Source: Thiotrichaceae bacterium
GTDB taxonomy: Bacteria; Pseudomonadota; Gammaproteobacteria; Thiotrichales; Thiotrichaceae
Length of the DNA stretch: 32,000 nt
Assembly (NCBI GenBank): GCA_026991755.1
Contig: JALXAX010000064.1
Coordinates: 19,384 to 51,383 of the forward strand
Reading direction: 5' to 3'
Of this stretch, positions 28,385 to 32,000 are shown piece after piece. The position numbers and the translations under genes are program-made. A model generated the notes under the pieces. The model was not told the DNA's origin. It made no database searches and was given only the letters and a program-made list of their open reading frames with translations. Position 1 is the stretch's first letter. Every line of letters begins with the position of its first letter.

Positions 28385-30028
28385 CTATGTCACATGATTA
28401 ACACGGTTGTGAACATTAAACTTACCTGTTGGTGCGTAAAGTCCTTTAACACGAGCTTTTTCCTTTAGCGTTTTAGCATCAAAGATAATGATTTCACCAT
28501 TAGGTTTCTTACTATCTTTACGATTCCAGACGGATGCCCAAACCTCAGTGCCATCGGCATTAAACTCAAAGTGTACCGCTGCATAACCTTCTTTCTCGGT
28601 TAAGCGAATAGTTTTTACAATTTCATGAGTTTTCTTATCGATGACTTGAACGGATTGTTGTACTTCAGGCTCAGGATGTTTAGTCTGATCCGCCCATACG
28701 TAATCTGACTTGGGGTGAGTACGAAGGAATACTCCAGGGCCATCTGTCTCAACTTCATAACAGATTTTCCATGCGTTATCGGGGTGACCTTTAGGATCAT
28801 TACCCCATACAGTAACTTTACCTACACCTAAGTGGGTGGTTCCTGCAACAGGGCCACATTTAGCATCGTTCCAGTTAGCGCCTGGGCCTGGGTGTGGCTT
28901 CTTGTCGACATCAATCATTGCTTCCAGCTTCTGTGTTTCAGTATCAACGACGACCATTTTGTTGGAAGCATTAGCTGCGATTTGGAAGTAACGACCTGTT
29001 GGGTCAAAGAAACCATCATGCAAGAACTTGGCTGAGTTAATCTTGGTGATCTTCATATTATCCAGATCGGAATAATCAACCTGCCACATTTGACCTAGCT
29101 CTTTAGCTGCAACTAACCAAGTGGGCGCATGGGGAGTGTCGTAGATAGCAGCAACACGAGATTCGTTTACATACTCACCATCGACGTTAGTACCACGCGT
29201 AGAAACTACCTTGATAGGCTCCATGGTTTTAGCATCTAAAATAACGAAATGAGGAGGCCAATAACCGCCACCGATAACGTACTTTCCATCACCTGATACA
29301 GCAACATCACGTGCGTCATAAGCGACCTGAACATTAGCAACTTTCATTTTGTCAGGCGTTTGCCAAAGGTCAATTTTGGTCATCATGCCGTCACGACCCA
29401 TCACGTACCAGAAGCGTCCAGGGTTCTCTGCTTTCATGCCATCATGGTGTTCGGTGGTTTTCAGTACGTGTACTGCATAACCCGTATCAATACGCGCGAA
29501 GACCTCTTTTTTGTCGCCATCAATAATGGCAATCTTGCCCACATCACGTTCAATAACGAGGAAGAAGTTTTCCCAGTTACGATCATGCATGGGTTTGCTT
29601 GGATAGTTTTCGGGCTTAACATGAACCTCATGTCTTTCTTTCATGAGTGCCAAGGGCATTTCGGGGGGAATAGGAGGCTCGTTCTGGATATATTTTGCCA
29701 ATAGAGTGATCTCTTCTTTAGAGAAAATATCATCGAAATTATTCATACCTCCCTCTGTTCCCAGAGTGATAATTTTCTCTAAGCGCTCTTGGCCTTTTTC
29801 CAGTGTATTTTTTGGCTCAAGATTTTTACCTGTTGCACCTTTGCGTAACACGCCATGGCAACCAGCACATCGCTGAAAGTACATTGACTTGGCTTTTTCA
29901 AATTCAGCCTCTGACATTTCTGGTGCTTTAGCACCCTTCGCAGCTTCAGCGGAAGCTTGGAGCGAAATACCTGAAAGTGCGACGCTGATAGCAACTGACA
30001 ATGCGGCACCCATATGTTTATAACTCAT
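28385..30028 (-). CDS. nirS: cytochrome cd1 nitrite reductase
   Basis: YFQRCAGCHGVLRKGATGKNL haem-c site, IDTGYAVH, YWPPHF, HPGPGAN and GKFNVHN beta-propeller motifs align with P. aeruginosa NirS. ATG 30028 is preferred (AGGAG 7 nt upstream; signal peptide MSYKHMGAALSVAISVALSGISLQASA); the track start 30055 is the alternative. Confidence 0.96.
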   Translation of the reverse strand: MSYKHMGAALSVAISVALSGISLQASAEAAKGAKAPEMSEAEFEKAKSMYFQRCAGCHGVLRKGATGKNLEPKNTLEKGQERLEKIITLGTEGGMNNFDDIFSKEEITLLAKYIQNEPPIPPEMPLALMKERHEVHVKPENYPSKPMHDRNWENFFLVIERDVGKIAIIDGDKKEVFARIDTGYAVHVLKTTEHHDGMKAENPGRFWYVMGRDGMMTKIDLWQTPDKMKVANVQVAYDARDVAVSGDGKYVIGGGYWPPHFVILDAKTMEPIKVVSTRGTNVDGEYVNESRVAAIYDTPHAPTWLVAAKELGQMWQVDYSDLDNMKITKINSAKFLHDGFFDPTGRYFQIAANASNKMVVVDTETQKLEAMIDVDKKPHPGPGANWNDAKCGPVAGTTHLGVGKVTVWGNDPKGHPDNAWKICYEVETDGPGVFLRTHPKSDYVWADQTKHPEPEVQQSVQVIDKKTHEIVKTIRLTEKEGYAAVHFEFNADGTEVWASVWNRKDSKKPNGEIIIFDAKTLKEKARVKGLYAPTGKFNVHNRVNHVT

Positions 30029-30130
30029 TATTAATCTCCTGTACGTAGAAAGCATTGTTGAAACTCGCCTGTCAGTTAGGATTGAGAGTCAAGGATGGAC
30101 GATCATTCGGCAGACGGGCGACTTTAATTA

Positions 30131-30173
30131 ACCATATTGAAGATCTGGATAAATCAGCATTGACTTGCATCAA
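30131..30173 (-). promoter_or_regulatory. FNR/Dnr box plus -10 for nirS
   Basis: Minus strand reads TTGAT-GCAA-GTCAA (30173..30160), then 23 nt, then TATGGT (30136..30131). Lies about 130 nt upstream of the nirS ATG, in the divergent spacer shared with the hemerythrin gene. Confidence 0.65.
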
Positions 30174-30357
30174 TTAGGTTTGATGGCTTGTGAGACTATG
30201 ATATATGTCAATACTTTTCGGGGAATGCTAGAAAGGCTTTATCGTGTTGTACTTTCATCTGTATAAGTAATAGCTGGGAGTCTACATTTATGATATTTGC
30301 ATGTGGGTTCTAGTTTTTAGCTTGTAATTATAAGATCTTTTTATTCAGGAGTTGATA

Positions 30358-30927
30358 ATGAACAGACGTATCAAAATGATTGTGTTAGCTATGTTTACAG
30401 GCGCTTTATTGGTGGCAGTAGTGCTTTCTTTTATTGCTCTTGGGGCGATGCATCTAGTTCCTTGGTTATTATTGGCATCGTTATTTTTGATTCCCTTTTT
30501 GCTGAATAGAAGTGAGCAACACCACTTTGTTGTATGGAAGGATGAATACAGTGTAGGTGTTGAATCTCTTGACGATGATCACAAGAAGCTACTTAATTTG
30601 ATCAATAATTTACAGTTGGCAGTGCATTATCAAACGGGAGAAAATTTCGAAAAAGAAGCATTAACCGATGTGGTTGCCTATACCAAGTATCATTTTGAAC
30701 GAGAGGAGAAAATGATGCAGGAAGCTTCATATGCTGATTTTGATGCTCATAAAGCAGTGCATACTGCGATGATTGCCAAGGTGAATAAATTCTTGCTGGA
30801 ATATGAAAAACAGGGGCATGATGCGTTAGAGGAGTTGGCGCAGTATCTCAAAGATTGGCTGGTTGGACATATCAACGGCACAGATCAGGAATACAGCTCA
30901 TTGTTGCGTGAGAAAGGTATTAATTAG
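30358..30927 (+). CDS. membrane-anchored bacteriohemerythrin-domain protein
   Basis: Two N-terminal TM helices (IVLAMFTGALLVAVVLSFIALGA, LVPWLLLASLFLIPFLL). Then W.DEYSVGVESLDDDHKKL...YTKYHFEREEKMM...H..VH...WLVGHINGTDQEY, the hemerythrin His/Glu/Asp ligand pattern. ATG 30358 has AGGAG 6 nt upstream (the track uses TTG 30352). Confidence 0.88.
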   Translation: MNRRIKMIVLAMFTGALLVAVVLSFIALGAMHLVPWLLLASLFLIPFLLNRSEQHHFVVWKDEYSVGVESLDDDHKKLLNLINNLQLAVHYQTGENFEKEALTDVVAYTKYHFEREEKMMQEASYADFDAHKAVHTAMIAKVNKFLLEYEKQGHDALEELAQYLKDWLVGHINGTDQEYSSLLREKGIN

Positions 30928-31090
30928 AAGATTTATATGTAACTACTCAGCTTACCCTCTACTTTGTCCAATAGCTGCGTTGAAAGTGCTCATTTATACC
31001 TATAAACTGCGCGCTTTCGCCTTACTCTTGAACAAAGTAGAGGTCAATCTGAGCAGTTACGGATTACGCTGAGTAGTTACATTTATATTT
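30928..31090. repeat. about 160-bp palindromic element downstream of the hemerythrin gene
   Basis: ATGTAACTACTCAGC / GCTGAGTAGTTACAT (15/15) and CCTCTACTTTGT / ACAAAGTAGAGG (12/12). The right arm carries an extra 20 nt that includes a second GTAACTGCTCAG copy. Confidence 0.65.
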
Positions 31091-31180
31091 TCAAAGTTTA
31101 AACAAATAGACTTGCAGGTTAGATAAGCTATATAGGCACATGGATGTACCGTAGTAGGCAAAGTAGTTAATTCTAAGCTT

Positions 31181-31208
31181 GTCGGATGGGGTTCCTTATC
31201 CGGCCTAC
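31181..31208. repeat. REP-like hairpin just downstream of the TonB-dependent receptor gene
   Basis: GTCGGATGGGGTTCCTTATCCGGCCTAC. The stem pairs GTCGGAT with ATCCGGC. The 3' half CTTATCCGGCCTAC equals the classical enterobacterial REP motif. Confidence 0.5.
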
Positions 31209-31236
31209 AAAATATAAACGCTTCACACCGTCATGA

Positions 31237-32000
31237 TTAGAAGCTTCCACGCAACTCCAGTTTCAACGTACGTGGGTATTCCTCATGTCTGAAAACGGGT
31301 GACTCTTCTTCCAGACGAACATCTGTCAAGTTTTCAATACTCGCAGCTAGCTCTATATGCTTACTGATTGTATTGCGTACACCGACATTCCAAAGAGTGT
31401 AGTCAGGTACCTCTGTAGGTACTAAGTTGCGTCCCACTCTAAAGTCAATTATTTGATCAGCCAGGCGCTCTGCATTCAAGTGCACTTTCCAGTCATTTTT
31501 TTGCCAAGATAAACCTGTTGACAAAGTATGCCGAGGGCGACGTTCCAAACGCTCTCCACCGCTGTCTTTAGCATCAAGGTACTGGTAGTTGGCCGTCAGT
31601 TTCAAAGCATCACTCAGTTGTACTTCTGTAGAGAACTCTGCTCCTTTAAGGTGGGCCTCATCAATATTGTCATAGGTCCATTGTTGTCTTACACCACCTG
31701 GTAAAAAAGTATCGAAGCGGGTATCAATCAGATTCTTCACCTTGTTATCAAATACCGCTGCATCAATACGGTACTTCTCGGAGCTGTAGTGGGTGCCTAG
31801 CTCTAGTGCATTGTTGGTTTCAGGTTTTAGATCGGGGTTACTGGCAATAACAAAAATACCCAGTGGAAAGCTGTAACCAGGGGAGACCTGTTTGATGGTG
31901 GGAGCGCGAAAACCGTGTCCGTAGCTGCCTTTGAAAATCCATTGGTCAGTTGCGTTCCAAACAATGGAAGCACGAGGGCTTACCTCACTACCAAAAGCTT
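31237..32000 (-). CDS. TonB-dependent outer-membrane receptor (C-terminal part; 5' end beyond window)
   Basis: The frame stays open to base 32000 upstream of the track's GTG (AFGSEVSPRASIVWNA...YGHGFRAPT...NPDLKPETNNALELG). Beta-barrel repeats and a terminal aromatic residue (LRGSF*). Confidence 0.88.
   Translation of the reverse strand, partial: AFGSEVSPRASIVWNATDQWIFKGSYGHGFRAPTIKQVSPGYSFPLGIFVIASNPDLKPETNNALELGTHYSSEKYRIDAAVFDNKVKNLIDTRFDTFLPGGVRQQWTYDNIDEAHLKGAEFSTEVQLSDALKLTANYQYLDAKDSGGERLERRPRHTLSTGLSWQKNDWKVHLNAERLADQIIDFRVGRNLVPTEVPDYTLWNVGVRNTISKHIELAASIENLTDVRLEEESPVFRHEEYPRTLKLELRGSF

Noticed and set aside
26478-29876. Plus-strand ORFs inside nirT and nirS (26478..26693, 26606..26929, 27255..27446, 27872..28114, 28832..29035, 29360..29704, 29643..29876) and nested minus ORFs (27862..28125, 28615..28800, 29779..30009)
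   Set aside because: They are antisense to or out of frame with two very well supported haem-protein genes. These are shadow ORFs.
30863-31072. 69-aa ORF 30863..31072(+)
   Set aside because: It overlaps the hemerythrin 3' end out of frame and then reads through the palindromic element. It has no RBS.

Overview
AT-rich (roughly low-40s %GC by eye) gammaproteobacterial-type chromosomal window. All calls come from reading the sequence and recalling family motifs; no searches were run. (1) 1-11.6 kb holds the distal S10 operon plus the complete spc and alpha ribosomal-protein operons (rplB' to rplQ, including secY, rpmJ and rpoA). They are tightly packed and end in a bidirectional terminator. 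(2) 11.6-17.6 kb holds a divergent HTH/membrane-protein pair, bioB, and the origin-proximal block mnmG-rsmG-parA-parB. (3) 17.6-21.7 kb is an accessory stretch with a long palindromic element, a DUF482/FemAB-like gene, a DUF938 methyltransferase, and a MarR regulator with a 4-Cys tail. It also holds a secreted-protein gene split in frame by a 263-bp TIR/CTAG-flanked element, and a second CTAG-flanked palindromic element. (4) 21.7-31 kb is a denitrification island. It contains a Dnr/NnrR-type Crp-Fnr regulator, norC-norB behind an FNR-type box, two small membrane proteins, and an 833-bp gene-free spacer with duplicated small-ORF modules. It continues with nirS followed by a NirT (tetrahaem) fused to a NirB/EB_dh-like dihaem domain, and a membrane-anchored hemerythrin divergent from nirS. 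(5) The window ends in the 3' part of a TonB-dependent receptor. The points most worth follow-up are the in-gene element, whose GC-rich core has interleaved long helices, the NirT::NirB-like fusion, and the repeat-laden nor-nir spacer. No rRNA, tRNA or CRISPR array was seen.
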